From: Trichosphaerium sp. ATCC 40318
Lineage: Eukaryota > Protista > Tubulinea
NCBI GenBank assembly: GCA_038496445.1
Contig: JALMLS010000577.1
Location: 248,001-312,000, forward strand
DNA length: 64,000 bases
Reading direction: 5' to 3'
Positions 1 to 11,075 of this stretch are shown in pieces. Within the stretch, counting starts at the first letter, position 1; every line of letters begins with the position of its first letter. The position numbers and the translations under genes were made by a program. The notes under the pieces were generated by a model. That model was not told the origin of the DNA, did not search any database, and saw only the letters and a list, made by a program, of their open reading frames with translations.

Positions 1-3000
1 AAGGCAAGAAGCCAAAAGGCAAAGGCGGTATTAGCCTCGGTTTTGGCGGAAAAGGAAAGGGATCTGGATCATCATCCTCTTCTTCCTCATCCGGCTCTGG
101 AAAGGGCAAAGCTAAAGGCGGCTTCGGATTCGGTCTTGGTGGTAAAGGAAAAGCCAAGGGCGGTATTGATGTCGACGCTGACGTAAAGGTCGGTGGTGAT
201 GTCGATGTTGACGCTGATGTCAAAGTCAAAGGTAAAAAGCCAAAAGGAAAAGCCAAAGGTGGTATTAGCCTCGGTTTTGGCGGTAAAGGAAAGGGATCTG
301 GATCATCATCCTCCTCTTCCTCTTCCGGCTCTGGAAAGGGCAAAGCCAAAGGCGGCTTCGGATTCGGTCTTGGCGGCAAAGGAAAAGCCAAGGGCGGTAT
401 TGATGTTGACGCTGATGTCAAAGTTGGTGGCGATGTCGATGGAGATGTCAAACTCAAGGTATGCTTTATTAAATAATAAATTAGAATTCTAAACTTTTAT
501 AGGGCGGCAAAGCCAAGGGTGGTGTTGATGCTGATGTAGATGTTAACCTCAAAGGCAAAAAACCAAAAGGCAAAGCCAAGGGTGGTATTAGCCTCGGCTT
601 CGGCGGAAAAGGAAAAGGATCAGGATCATCTTCCTCTTCTTCCTCATCTGGCTCTGGAAAGGGCAAGGCCAAAGGCGGTTTCGGATTCGGTCTTGGTGGC
701 AAAGGAAAAGCCAAGGGCGGTATTGATGTCGACGCTGACGTAAAGGTCGGTGGTGATGTCGATGTTGACGCCGATGTCAAGGTCAAAGGCAAAAAGCCAA
801 AAGCCAAGGGAGGTGTAGACGTAGACGTTGATGCTGACCTTAAGGCTGATCGTCAGGGAAAGCGTACCTTCTCATTTGGATTCGGCAAAAAGAAGAAGCC
901 AAAATCCCCTAAAGGTGATGTTGATGTAGATGCTGACATAAAGGTACACTTGCGAATACCTATTCTGTTTCTTACTCTACAAAGGTTGGCGGAGACGTAG
1001 ATGCTGATGTAAATTTGAAGGGCCACAAGAAGAAAAAGAGTGGTGGTTTCCATCTTGGATTCGGCAAGGGCAAACATGGCAAAGGAAAAGCCAAGGGAGG
1101 CGTTGATATTGACGTTGATGCTGATGCTGATTTAAAGCTCAAGGGCAAAAAAGCCAAGGGCGGCGCTGATGTTGATATTGATGCTGATGTCGATGCTGAC
1201 GTAAACCTCAAAGGCAAGAAGCCAAAAGGTAAAGCCAAAGGTGGTATCAGCCTCGGTTTCGGTGGAAAAGGAAAGGGATCAGGATCATCATCCTCCTCTT
1301 CTTCATCCTCAGGCTCAGGAAAGGGCAAAGCTAAGGGTGGCTTCGGATTCGGTCTTGGTGGTAAAGGAAAAGCCAAGGGCGGTATTGACGCTGACGTTAA
1401 AGTTGGTGGCGATATTGACGGAGATGCTGACCTTAAGGTTAAGGTATTTATATCCTACAATTACTACAATTTTTTACTGACCGTGAACTAGGGCGGCAAA
1501 GTCAAAGGTGGCGTAGATGCTGATGTAGACGCTGATATTAATGTCAAGGGCAAAAAACCTAAAGGCAAGGGTGGTATCAGCCTCGGCTTTGGCGGAAAAG
1601 GAAAAGGATCAGGATCATCTTCCTCTTCTTCATCATCCTCTGGCTCTGGCTCAGGAAAGGGCAAAGCTAAGGGCGGCTTCGGATTCGGTCTTGGTGGCAA
1701 AGGAAAAGCCAAGGGCGGTATTGACGCTGACGTAAAGGTCGGTGGCGATGTCGATGTTGATGCCGATGTCAAGGTCAAAGGTAAAAAACCAAAAGGCAAA
1801 GGCAAAATCAAGGGCGGTGTAGACACTGATGCTGACGTCAAAGTAAAGGTACTGTTCTTCAACTCTTGAGATTTTGTCATTAAATATTTTTGATAGGGCG
1901 GCAAGAAGGGAAGCGGTGGTTTCCACTTCGGCTTAGGAAAAAGCAAAAAAGGCAAAAAAGCCAAGGGCGGCATTGATGTAGACGCTGATATCAAGGTCGG
2001 TGGTGATGCTGATGTTAAGGTTAAAGGCAAAGGCAAAAAACCAAAAGGCAAAGTCAAGGGTGGTTTGAAAATGAAGGGAAAGGTCAAGGGCTCCGGCTCT
2101 AGCTCTGGTTCTTCAAGCTCAAGCTCTAGCTCTTCAAGCTCTTCAAGCTCTAGCTCTTCAAGCTCAAGCTCTAGCTCATCTGGTTCTGGATCTGGTTCTG
2201 GCAAGGGAAAAGCCAAGATCGGTTTCGGTGTTGGTGGTAAAGGAAAGATGAAGGGCGGTGTTGACGCTGATGTGAAAGTTGGCGGCGATGTTGATGGCGA
2301 TGTCAAAGTAAAGGTGCGTTTCATTCAGTAGTGTGTTTATTCTAAAGATCGCATAGGGTGGCAAAGTCAAAGGTGGCGTAGACGCTGACGTAAAAGTCAA
2401 AGGAGGCAAACACAAAAAGGGCAAGAGTGGTGGCTTCCATATTGGCTTCGGCGGCAAAGGCAAAAAAGGAAAAGCCAAGGGTGGTGTTGATGTCGATATG
2501 GACGTTGATGCTGATGCCAAAGTCGGTGGAAAAGCGAAGGTTGACGGTGATGTAAAAATCAAAGGAAGTGGCAAGGCCAAGGTCAAAAAGCCAAAAGGCA
2601 AAGTCAAAGGCGGTTTGAAAATGAAGGGCAAGAAAGGCAAGGGTAGCGGCTCATCTTCGAGCTCAGGATCCTCTTCGTCCTCTTCATCCTCATCAAGCTC
2701 ATCCTCTTCGAGCTCATCCTCGAGCTCATCCTCAAGCTCATCGTCAAGTTCCGGTTCCGGCTCCAGTTCTGGCTCTGGAAAAAAGAAGGGCAAGGCTGGT
2801 TTCGGTCTCTCTGTAAAAGGAAAAGGCAAAGGCGGCGTTGACGGTGACGTTAAAGTCAAAGGTGGCGCTAAAGTAAAGAAACCTAAAGGTAAAAAGAAGA
2901 GTGGCAAATTTGGTGTCAAAGCCAAAGGCGGCGCTAAAGTAAAGAAACCAAAGGTCAAAGGCGGTGCCAAGATTGATATCGATGCTTCAGGAAGCGGTGA

Positions 3001-5520
3001 TGCAGACTTGAAACTAAAGGTAAACAATTTTTCTTTGATATTCAAATCTGACTCCAACTTTTAGGGCAAAAAAGCTAAAGGCGGCATTGATGTAGATGTT
3101 GACGCATCTCTATCAGGCAGCGCCGGTCTCAAACTCAAGGGCAAAGGTAAAAAACCTAAAATGGGTTTGAAGGTCGATGGTTCCATCTCTGGTTCCGCAA
3201 GCGGTTCTGCAAGCGGTTCTGGTGGCCTCAAGATCAAGGGCGGTCTTAAGGTTGGTGGTAAGGGCAAGAAGAGCGGGTCATCATCTGGCTCAGGATCTTC
3301 CTCTTCCTCAAGCTCATCATCCTCCTCTTCCTCTTCCTCCTCAAGCTCATCCTCCTCTTCATCATCTTCCTCCTCAAGCTCTGGTTCCGGTTCCGACTCT
3401 GGTTCTGGCTCAGGCTCAGCAAAGTTGAAGGTTGGTGGCAAGATCAAGGGCGGCAAGGGCGCAAAGGTCAAGGGCAAAGGAAAGGGCGGTTTGAAGGTAT
3501 GTCTTAACTCTTAGCAAGAAAAAAATGTTTTGTTAACACCTCTGCAGCTCGAAGGTGGTGCCAAGGTAAAGGGCAAAAAGGGCAAGAAAGTCAAGGGTGG
3601 CGCAAGCGCAAGTGCTGATGTCAACGTTGACGGACCAAAATCTCCTAAAGGAAAGGTCAAAGGAGGAGTATCTTCTCCAAGGACAGAGTACGTTACTTTT
3701 TTTTTTTTTTTTTTGATTTTACTTCTCGTTTTTATTAACTCTGTACTTAGCGGTAAAAAACGCCGATTCTCCATTGGCTTTGGATTGTTCGGAAAGGGCA
3801 AAAAGAGCAAAAAGGGTGGCGACTTCCAAGAACCTGAAGTTGGTGTCTCTGGAGGCGTAGATGTAGATGCTGACGTAAGCGGCTCAGCTGGATTGAAACT
3901 TAAAGGCAAAAAAGCCAAAGGCGGCATGAAAATAGATGCTGATGCTGACGTATCTGGTTCAGCTGGATTAAAACTCAAGGGCAAAAAAGCCAAGGGCGGT
4001 ATTGATATGGATGGATCCCTCTCAGGCAGTGCTGATCTTAAGCTAAAGGTATGTTTAGTAATATTTGTTCCTTGGTTGATTCTTACTTTGGTTTTAGGGC
4101 AAAAAAGCTAAAGGCGGCATTGACGTAGATGTTGACGCATCCCTCTCAGGCAGCGCTGGTCTTAAACTCAAGGGCAAAAAAGCTAAGGGTGGTATTGGCA
4201 TGGATGTCGATGGATCTCTATCAGGCAGTGCCGGTCTCAAACTCAAGGGCAAAGGTAAAAAACCTAAAATGGGTTTGAAGGTCGATGGTTCCATCTCTGG
4301 TTCCGCAAGCGGTTCTGCAAGCGGTTCTGGTGGCCTTAAGGTCAAGGGCGGCCTCAAGGTTGGTATTGGCGGTAAAGCCAAGGGATCTCACTCCGGTTCC
4401 TCTTCCTCCTCGTCTTCCAGCTCCTCTGGTTCTGGTTCTGGTGGATTCAAGGTTGGTCTTAAAGGTGGCATTAAAGGTGGTGTAAAGGCAAAGGGCAGCC
4501 TTGACGCTGATGTTGATGTCAAAGGAAAGGCTGAAGTTGACTCCGAAAAGATCGACAACCAACGTGATTACTTACTCGTTCTCACAACTGGATTAGTATC
4601 CTCCAAATGGAAGCGCAAGTTCTTCAACTTGGATAAAATGGTACGCACAAAACCGAATCGAATTTTAGCTATCAACATGGCCTGTTACAATTACTTATAT
4701 TTTAACTAGGGCAACCTTCGTTACTGGAACAAGAAAGTAACAAACACTGCTGAAGTTGGTTCTCAAACCATTCCTCTCGCAGGTGCTACATTCACTTTGG
4801 GCGCTAAAGGAAAGCATGAATTCGTTATCGTAATCAAAGCTAAAATCACCACAAAGAAGGGTGAAGTTGATCGCGAATGGTTTTTGGCATTCCCTGACAA
4901 AGGTATGTTATTGTCACATATTTGGTAAGCTCTTATTAACTCTTTATCTAGCAAGCCAAGATAAGTGGATGGTTAGTCTCAAAGCAGCTGCTGCTGTTGC
5001 CAAACCTGACACACATACGTTCACAAGGCGTATGCTTCGTGGCAGTCAAAAACCAGGCAAACTCAAGCTTGGCGGCGGTATGAAGGCAAAGGGTGGCATG
5101 TCCCTCGATGTTGATGCCAAGGTTGAAGCTGATGTATCAGTTGATGCTAAGATCGAAGCTGATGTAAGCGGAAGCGCAAGCGGAAGTGCCAGCGGAAGTG
5201 CCAGCGGAAGCGCAAGCGGAAGTGCTGGTGTGAAAGTATCTGGTGGTATCGGTGGCGGTATCGGCGGCGGTATCGGCGGTGGTATCGGCGGCAAAGTTAG
5301 TGTAAATGCTGGAGGAAGCGGAAGTGCCAGTGGCAGTGAGTCAAGCTCCAGTTCAAGTGCCAGCGGAAGCGCAAGCGGAAGTGCTGGTATGAAAGTATCC
5401 GGCGGTATCGGTGGCGGTATTGGCGGTGGCATCGGCGGTGGTATCGGCGGCGGTATCGGCGGCGGTGTAAGTGCTAAAGTCAGCGTAAATGTTGGTGGAT
5501 CTGATTCATCCGATGAGTAA
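1..5520 (+). CDS. Large low-complexity G/K/D/V/S repeat protein with a C-terminal PH domain (5' part outside the window)
   Basis: One frame is kept across GT-AG introns at 459-502, 944-984, 1444-1491, 1849-1896, 2314-2356, 3020-3064, 3497-3547, 3688-3750, 4049-4097, 4641-4709 and 4903-4951. Repeats include GGVDVDADVKVKGKKPK, FGFGLGGKGKAK and poly-Ser. PH-like segment: DYLLVLTTGLVSSKWKRKFFNLDKMGNLRYW...IPLAGATF...KHEFVIV...REWFLAFPDKASQDKWMVSLKAA. Stop TAA at 5518-5520. Confidence 0.85.
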
Positions 5521-5684
5521 TTTTAAGCCTATTTATTCCTCTTGCTTGTAAAGAGATTTTATTTAAATAAATGTAAATGTTTCGCAATTTGTAGTCTGAT
5601 TTTTTTGTTTCTCAATGAAACTGGCTAACTTTTTAACTGACGGAAATTTGAAAAGTTATGAATTCTTCTTTCATTTTACACAAA

Positions 5685-6522
5685 ATGGCCAAACGGAAAG
5701 CAACGGTCAATTACCACAAGAAAAAAAAACAAGCGCGATTGACGACGTTTATAAACTGTACGTTTAGGTAAAAAATGGTGCCAGAGTCTCAACTGTGGTA
5801 GGCAAGTCTACAAATGCCAAGCTACAGCGCATCGAGTTAGTTGATGGCGCAGTTTTGTTGTGGCACCAGCGTTTTATGACTGACTCTGATGCGGACGCTC
5901 TTTTAGCCTCATTACAACCTTTGAATTGGAGACAGTCTCGCGCATTTTCAAAAACTGGTAGAACCATGCAGCTAAAACGCCAATTTCAATGGATGGCAGA
6001 TGATGGTACGAACAGAATCAGGTTACATTCAAGCGTATTATCTCTAGCTGTAACACGTTAACTCGCGCTTTTTATTAACAGACGTTGCGGTACAAAAACA
6101 TTTAGTTTGCAGCGAAGACGTTGCGTTAGGTTGGTCTCCATTAGTATCACAACTTAAAGACAGGCTCGAAAAGGAGTTGGAAACAACATTTAATTACGTT
6201 CTTATCAATAAGTACCGTGATGGAAATGACAAGGCTAGCTATCATTCTGACAACGCTGTGCGTGTTTTTTTAACCTAGATCTACAACGAATTAAAGTGAG
6301 TTATAGAGACATGACTTTATTGCTTCAATATCCTTGGGTGCGACCAGGAAATTCGTTTTGAAGAACAAGAAGGACACTTCTAGAAAACAATCCTTTATGC
6401 TCACTCATGGCAGCTTGATTGTTATGGTTGGAGCTGCTACGCAGACACACTGGCAACACTCTTTACCCGTTATGAAACGAGTAACGGAAAGTAGGATAAA
6501 CTTGACATTCCGTCACACATAA
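5685..6522 (+). CDS. AlkB-family 2OG-Fe(II) dioxygenase (ALKBH2/3-like DNA demethylase)
   Basis: Spliced product contains FNYVLINKYRDGNDKASYHSD, IASISLGATRKF, LTHGSLIVM, WQHSLP and RINLTFR, i.e. the HxD...H iron ligands and RxNLTFR motif; 3 introns. Confidence 0.88.
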
Positions 6523-7129
6523 GTCACTCTCATGACCTAAAACCGAAAAATCCAATTAGTGTTGCTTGCTGGGTTCAAACTGTATTATCATCAAGCAAAT
6601 AAATACCCGTAAAAATAAGTAAAACCACTGTTTTGACCTTTCAAAATTTTGTTCGCCCTGTGGCTTAATTTGAGCGAAACGCCAATATTAGCGTAGCTGT
6701 TTTCTTAAAGTTGATCTTGTAGCTGCTTACTAAACGCTTAAATTGTGAATACGACAGTATGTTAGCCCTAACATTTCTACCCAAGAAAAACGAAGAAAAC
6801 AGTCAGTGTGAGTTTACAAATTTCACTTGGTGACATAAATAGAAAGCACATCAGGCACGCAGTGTTTATTTATTCCTAAAACAAAGACAATCAAGTACGT
6901 AGCGTCTGGTTTGTTTTTACTATAAATTCTCCTAACAATGTCGTATTAGTACTGGCATTTGGTATTAAACGTTCCTGTAGCGACATTTAGTAAGTTATTA
7001 CAAAAATTGAATAACTTTCACTTTGAGGTACGCCAATAAACGTTTATTGAAAAAAGATTCAACGTGTTCTCGTAAAAACAGTCGCGTACCTTGTTTTTTT
7101 TTTTGGGTCCGCAGGTTTCCAGGGCGGAA

Positions 7130-8411
7130 TAGCGATGTTCCAAACGAATAGAATACCGAATCTATCGCCAAAACGTGAAAAGTTGGAAATAGTCGACTCT
7201 ATTCCGATTCGGTTTTCAGAGAAAGAGCGACTGTAAAACTGAAAGTTGTTGGCTTTTTTCAATCACCAAGTGCTTTTTTTTCATCCAAACTACTCTCATA
7301 TGTTTTAAAATACATAGTTTTATACATAGAGTGGTTGAAAGCCATATATTGAGCGAGTTTAAGATGTTTGTTTGTTTGGATTCTTTATTTATGATTGAAT
7401 TTACAAGAACTTTTCTAGAATAATACATAGCTTATTTCCTGAGGTGTAGTTTTTGCCGTCTTTACGTTTGCATCAAAGAAATAGGTTGATTGTTTCGTGT
7501 CTGATGTAGACCAACACACCAGCCGTGTTGACCGCCACAAAAACTTCCCTGGCCATGAAATGAAACCAGCTTTATGGTCGCCCTTAGGCTCACAACACGG
7601 ACGATTGGTGGAACAAACACCTTCGCCATCTTTCGACTGTGGGGAGTAATAAAAAACCCACTCCGATTCGCGGGAAATACAAAAAGGGTCACCCATTAAC
7701 CCGACTCGCCATCCTGTCGTCACGCGTAAAAAAAAAGGGAACTGTGGGAATGCAACGTCAGTTTTTTCCAACTATTAGTTTTGCCCAGCTTAAGGCGCAA
7801 TACGTCTTCTGACACCATAAGCCTTCGTCCAGTGTATAGGCATATATCAATCGCTCGCAACCGGGAGGGATAATAAAAGGATCTATGACCAGGGATAGAC
7901 ATCAAAAAGTCCGTCTCTCACCTACCTTTAAAAACCATGAAACTCCAAAGAGAAGTTGCAATGGTCGAAAAAGTTTGACCCCCTCAAGCCAGTTTAAGAT
8001 ATCTACATTTTAGCAGTAAAACAAAGTCACGGTAGGCCTAACCGACACTTTAGTTGTGTGAAATTGTGCCAGTGGTGACGTTTTTTTTGACAATTCGAGC
8101 CAATCTTGAGCACGCCACGTGATCTATTATTTTGCTGTCCCAAAACCATTTTTTAGTACTTCCCACATAGAAATAGCCATCACTTGAGGTAAAACATATT
8201 TTTTCAAAATTTTGTAGTTTGATCTGGCAGTCGCTGCATTAAAAAAAAGTCGTAGACGTTGTGAGGATGTAAAAAAATGGTTTTAGGACAGTAATAAGGA
8301 TGTAATTCGTGCCATTTTGTCTCCACAAAAGCGATAAGAATATATTCAAATAAACCAAGGAAATTTTTTTCAAATACGAATTTTGCAATCTATCCGTTTG
8401 GAACATCGCTA
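7130..8411. mobile_element. Non-autonomous hAT-superfamily DNA transposon (1282 bp)
   Basis: Left TIR TAGCGATGTTCCAAACGAATAGA (from 7130) is the reverse complement of TCTATCCGTTTGGAACATCGCTA (ending 8411) with 1 mismatch. Perfect 8-bp TSD GGGCGGAA at 7122-7129 and 8412-8419. TAG-initial TIR plus 8-bp TSD is typical of hAT. No transposase ORF inside. Confidence 0.88.
8135..8291. mobile_element. Probable Tc1/mariner-type MITE nested in the hAT element
   Basis: Inverted ends CTGTCCCAAAACCATTTTTT and AAAAAATGGTTTTAGGACAG (1 mismatch), with weaker pairing further in. Right flank is TA, left flank is TG (possibly a decayed TA TSD). Confidence 0.55.
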
Positions 8412-8478
8412 GGGCGGAACCTAAATACTTGTCAATCTCTTATTCTTACTTTTTTCAGTTTATTCTTTTGGCAATAAG

Positions 8479-10176
8479 ATGTCTTCTGTGTTGACTTTAC
8501 TTGATCTTCCATGTGAAATTCAACAATATATCTGTACATTCAATATAGAAGCATTCACAAAATTTCATACATTATCAAAGAAAGCAGCAATCAACACGCA
8601 TTTTGATAAATCATTACAGCGTAAAGGAAAATGGATCAAATGGTATAAAAGCGGAAGAGTGATGGCTCATGAGTATGCTAAAAATGGACAATGCAACAAA
8701 TGGTATGAGAATGGGCAACTTTGTCTTCAATACACATTAGTTGATGGAAAGAGTAAAGGCATCCGTAAAATGTGGTATGAAAACGGACAACTCAAGGTAC
8801 AAGAAATGCTGGTTGATGATAAGCAAAATGGTGAAGTCAAAGCATGGTATGAAAACGGACAACTTGAACAACAAGCCATGTTGGCTGATGGTAAGATAAA
8901 TGGTGAAGCCAAAGAGTGGTATGAAAACGGGAACCTTAAGGTACAATCAGAGTGGGTTGATGGTAAACAAAATGGTGAAACCAAAGAGTGGTATGAAAAC
9001 GGAAACCTTAAGGCACATTCTATGTGGCGTGATGGTAAGATAAATGGTGAAACCAAAGAGTGGTATGAAAACGGGAACCTTAAGGTACAATCAGAGTGGG
9101 TTGATGGTAAACAAAATGGTGAAGTCAAAGAGTATGAAAATGGAAAACTGATGAGGCACACAATGTTTGTTGATGGTAAACAAAGTGGACCTGAACAAGA
9201 GTGGCATGAAAATGGACAGCTTAAGGTACAAGCCATGTGGGTAGATGATAAGCGGAATGGTGAAGTTAAAACATGGTATGAAGATGGACAACTTCAGGTA
9301 CAAGCCATGTGGGTTGGTGATAAGACAAATGGTGAAGTTAAAGCATGGCATGAAAATGGACAACTCAAGCTACAAACAATGTTTGTTGATGATAAACAAC
9401 ATGGTGAACGCAAAGAATGGCATGAAAATGGACAACTCAAGGTACAAGAAATGCTGGCTGATGATAAGCGAAATGGTGAAGTCAAAGCATGGTATGAAAA
9501 TGGACAACTTCAGGTGCTAGCCATGTTTGCTGATGGTAAGACAAATGGTGAAGCCAAAGAGTGGTATGAAAACGGGAACCTTAAGGCACAATCAGAGTGG
9601 GTTGATGGTAAACAAAGTGGTGAAACTAAAGAGTGGTATGAAAACGGTCAACTCAAGGCAAAAACCACATTTGTTGATAACATTCAACATGGTGAAGTCA
9701 ACACATGGCATGAAAATGGGAAGCATGAGGCACAATCTGTATGGGTTGATGGTAAACAAAATGGTGACTCCAAAGAGTGGTACAACAATGGACAACTCAA
9801 AGCACAATCTATGTGGGTTGATAATAAACAAAGTGGTGAAGCGAAAGAGTGGCACGACAATGGACAACTTAAGACACAAAGCATGTGGATAGCTGGGAAA
9901 CAAAGTGGTGAAATAAAGCGGTGGACTAAGAATGGCGAGCCAATGGAAGAACAAGGAAACAATGTCAACACATGGCTTAGTAGAAGAAAGGAAAAGAAGC
10001 AAAGGCACTTTGGTGTTACTACCAGAAACAACAAAAGAAGCAGCTTAATGATACGTTCATTAAGCACCTTGTTGTTCCCTTTTCACATGTTACGTATCAC
10101 AGTATATGCTTGGTTTAGGTACTTTGCAACCACATGTTACTCAACAGTATCATACTATTGGTCAACCAAAAAATGA
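8479..10176 (+). CDS. Intronless protein with an N-terminal F-box-like motif and about 18 MORN-variant (MORN_2/YwqK-like) repeats
   Basis: LTLLDLPCEIQQYICTF at the N-terminus, then tandem 24-aa units of the type GExKxWYENGQLKxQxMxVDGKQN; 565-aa ORF with no introns. Confidence 0.88.
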   Translation: MSSVLTLLDLPCEIQQYICTFNIEAFTKFHTLSKKAAINTHFDKSLQRKGKWIKWYKSGRVMAHEYAKNGQCNKWYENGQLCLQYTLVDGKSKGIRKMWYENGQLKVQEMLVDDKQNGEVKAWYENGQLEQQAMLADGKINGEAKEWYENGNLKVQSEWVDGKQNGETKEWYENGNLKAHSMWRDGKINGETKEWYENGNLKVQSEWVDGKQNGEVKEYENGKLMRHTMFVDGKQSGPEQEWHENGQLKVQAMWVDDKRNGEVKTWYEDGQLQVQAMWVGDKTNGEVKAWHENGQLKLQTMFVDDKQHGERKEWHENGQLKVQEMLADDKRNGEVKAWYENGQLQVLAMFADGKTNGEAKEWYENGNLKAQSEWVDGKQSGETKEWYENGQLKAKTTFVDNIQHGEVNTWHENGKHEAQSVWVDGKQNGDSKEWYNNGQLKAQSMWVDNKQSGEAKEWHDNGQLKTQSMWIAGKQSGEIKRWTKNGEPMEEQGNNVNTWLSRRKEKKQRHFGVTTRNNKRSSLMIRSLSTLLFPFHMLRITVYAWFRYFATTCYSTVSYYWSTKK

Positions 10177-10364
10177 CAAACATTTACCACAAGCGATGCC
10201 CAATTGGAAGATTATGAATAGTTTAGTGTTGAATAGTTTAGTAAAATAAATCTCACGTGTTTTTGAAGTTATATTATTTGTATCATTGCAAGTTTATTGT
10301 TTGCAACAGTTGGTTGGAAACAGTCAAAGAGTAACCACAAAGAGTGATTTTGGCAAAGATATGA

Positions 10365-11003
10365 CTATAGCCTGTAACTCGCAAAGATATGACACACAAT
10401 CAGCTTTTTTCCTAACATAAGGTTGTATCTATCAAAATACCCGCTAAGATTAGTACGTCTATAGAGCATTTTGTAAATACTGCAGTAGCAGCCATTGCCA
10501 CCGCCTAGCACATAGTTTACTATTTGTAAATTGTGCTTATTACCATTCATGTTCTCGGCATATCCATCAAAATAAGGACTCGTAGTGTGTTTGTTTGAAT
10601 TAGAGTTGGAATCTTTGATAGTGATAGCATGTGGAAGAAGTAATCGCCAAGTATTGATGTTCGCATGTGAACCTGCTTTCTGGTAGCCCTTTTGCTTCAA
10701 AATATGACAACTAATACATTCTCGGAGACATTCCGTTGTTAACGACAGCCACTTGCTCTTACTTGCAGGTGTACACATAATTGTCATACTATCAGCAAGT
10801 GAAACAACAGTGTTGGTATCAAGGCATTGGCTGGTCCAAATATTACAGCTGAAGGTCTGACAGCTTTGGCGGGTGTACACACTATCGTGGTGCCACTCTG
10901 CAAGGGATATCAGCTGCTGAGAGGTTAGTGAGTGTGCACGCTTTAGATATATTAACATACAGATATAACATATTAATGCACTAGAGAACTCAAGAGGAAA
11001 CAA
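10365..11003 (-). CDS. Hypothetical intronless ORF, no recognised domain
   Basis: 212-codon open frame convergent with the MORN gene; true start uncertain. Confidence 0.3.
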   Translation of the reverse strand: MFPLEFSSALICYICMLIYLKRAHSLTSQQLISLAEWHHDSVYTRQSCQTFSCNIWTSQCLDTNTVVSLADSMTIMCTPASKSKWLSLTTECLRECISCHILKQKGYQKAGSHANINTWRLLLPHAITIKDSNSNSNKHTTSPYFDGYAENMNGNKHNLQIVNYVLGGGNGCYCSIYKMLYRRTNLSGYFDRYNLMLGKKLIVCHIFASYRL

Positions 11004-11075
11004 GCCATTGTGTTTAAATTTTTTTTTCTTTTACAAGTACAGCAAAGGGAAGTGTTCATGATTTATATCCAACGG

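Noticed and set aside
481-5432. Many minus-strand Pro/Leu/Phe-rich and alternative-frame ORFs
   Set aside because: Shadows of the repetitive plus-strand coding sequence; splice signals are on the plus strand only.
6655-6730. GCCCTGTGGCTTAATT resembling a tRNA 5' end
   Set aside because: No T-loop (GTTCRA) and no acceptor-stem complement.
8727-10067. 72-nt periodic repeats resembling a CRISPR-like array, plus antisense ORFs
   Set aside because: Repeats are in-frame coding units without unique spacers; eukaryotic context, no cas genes.
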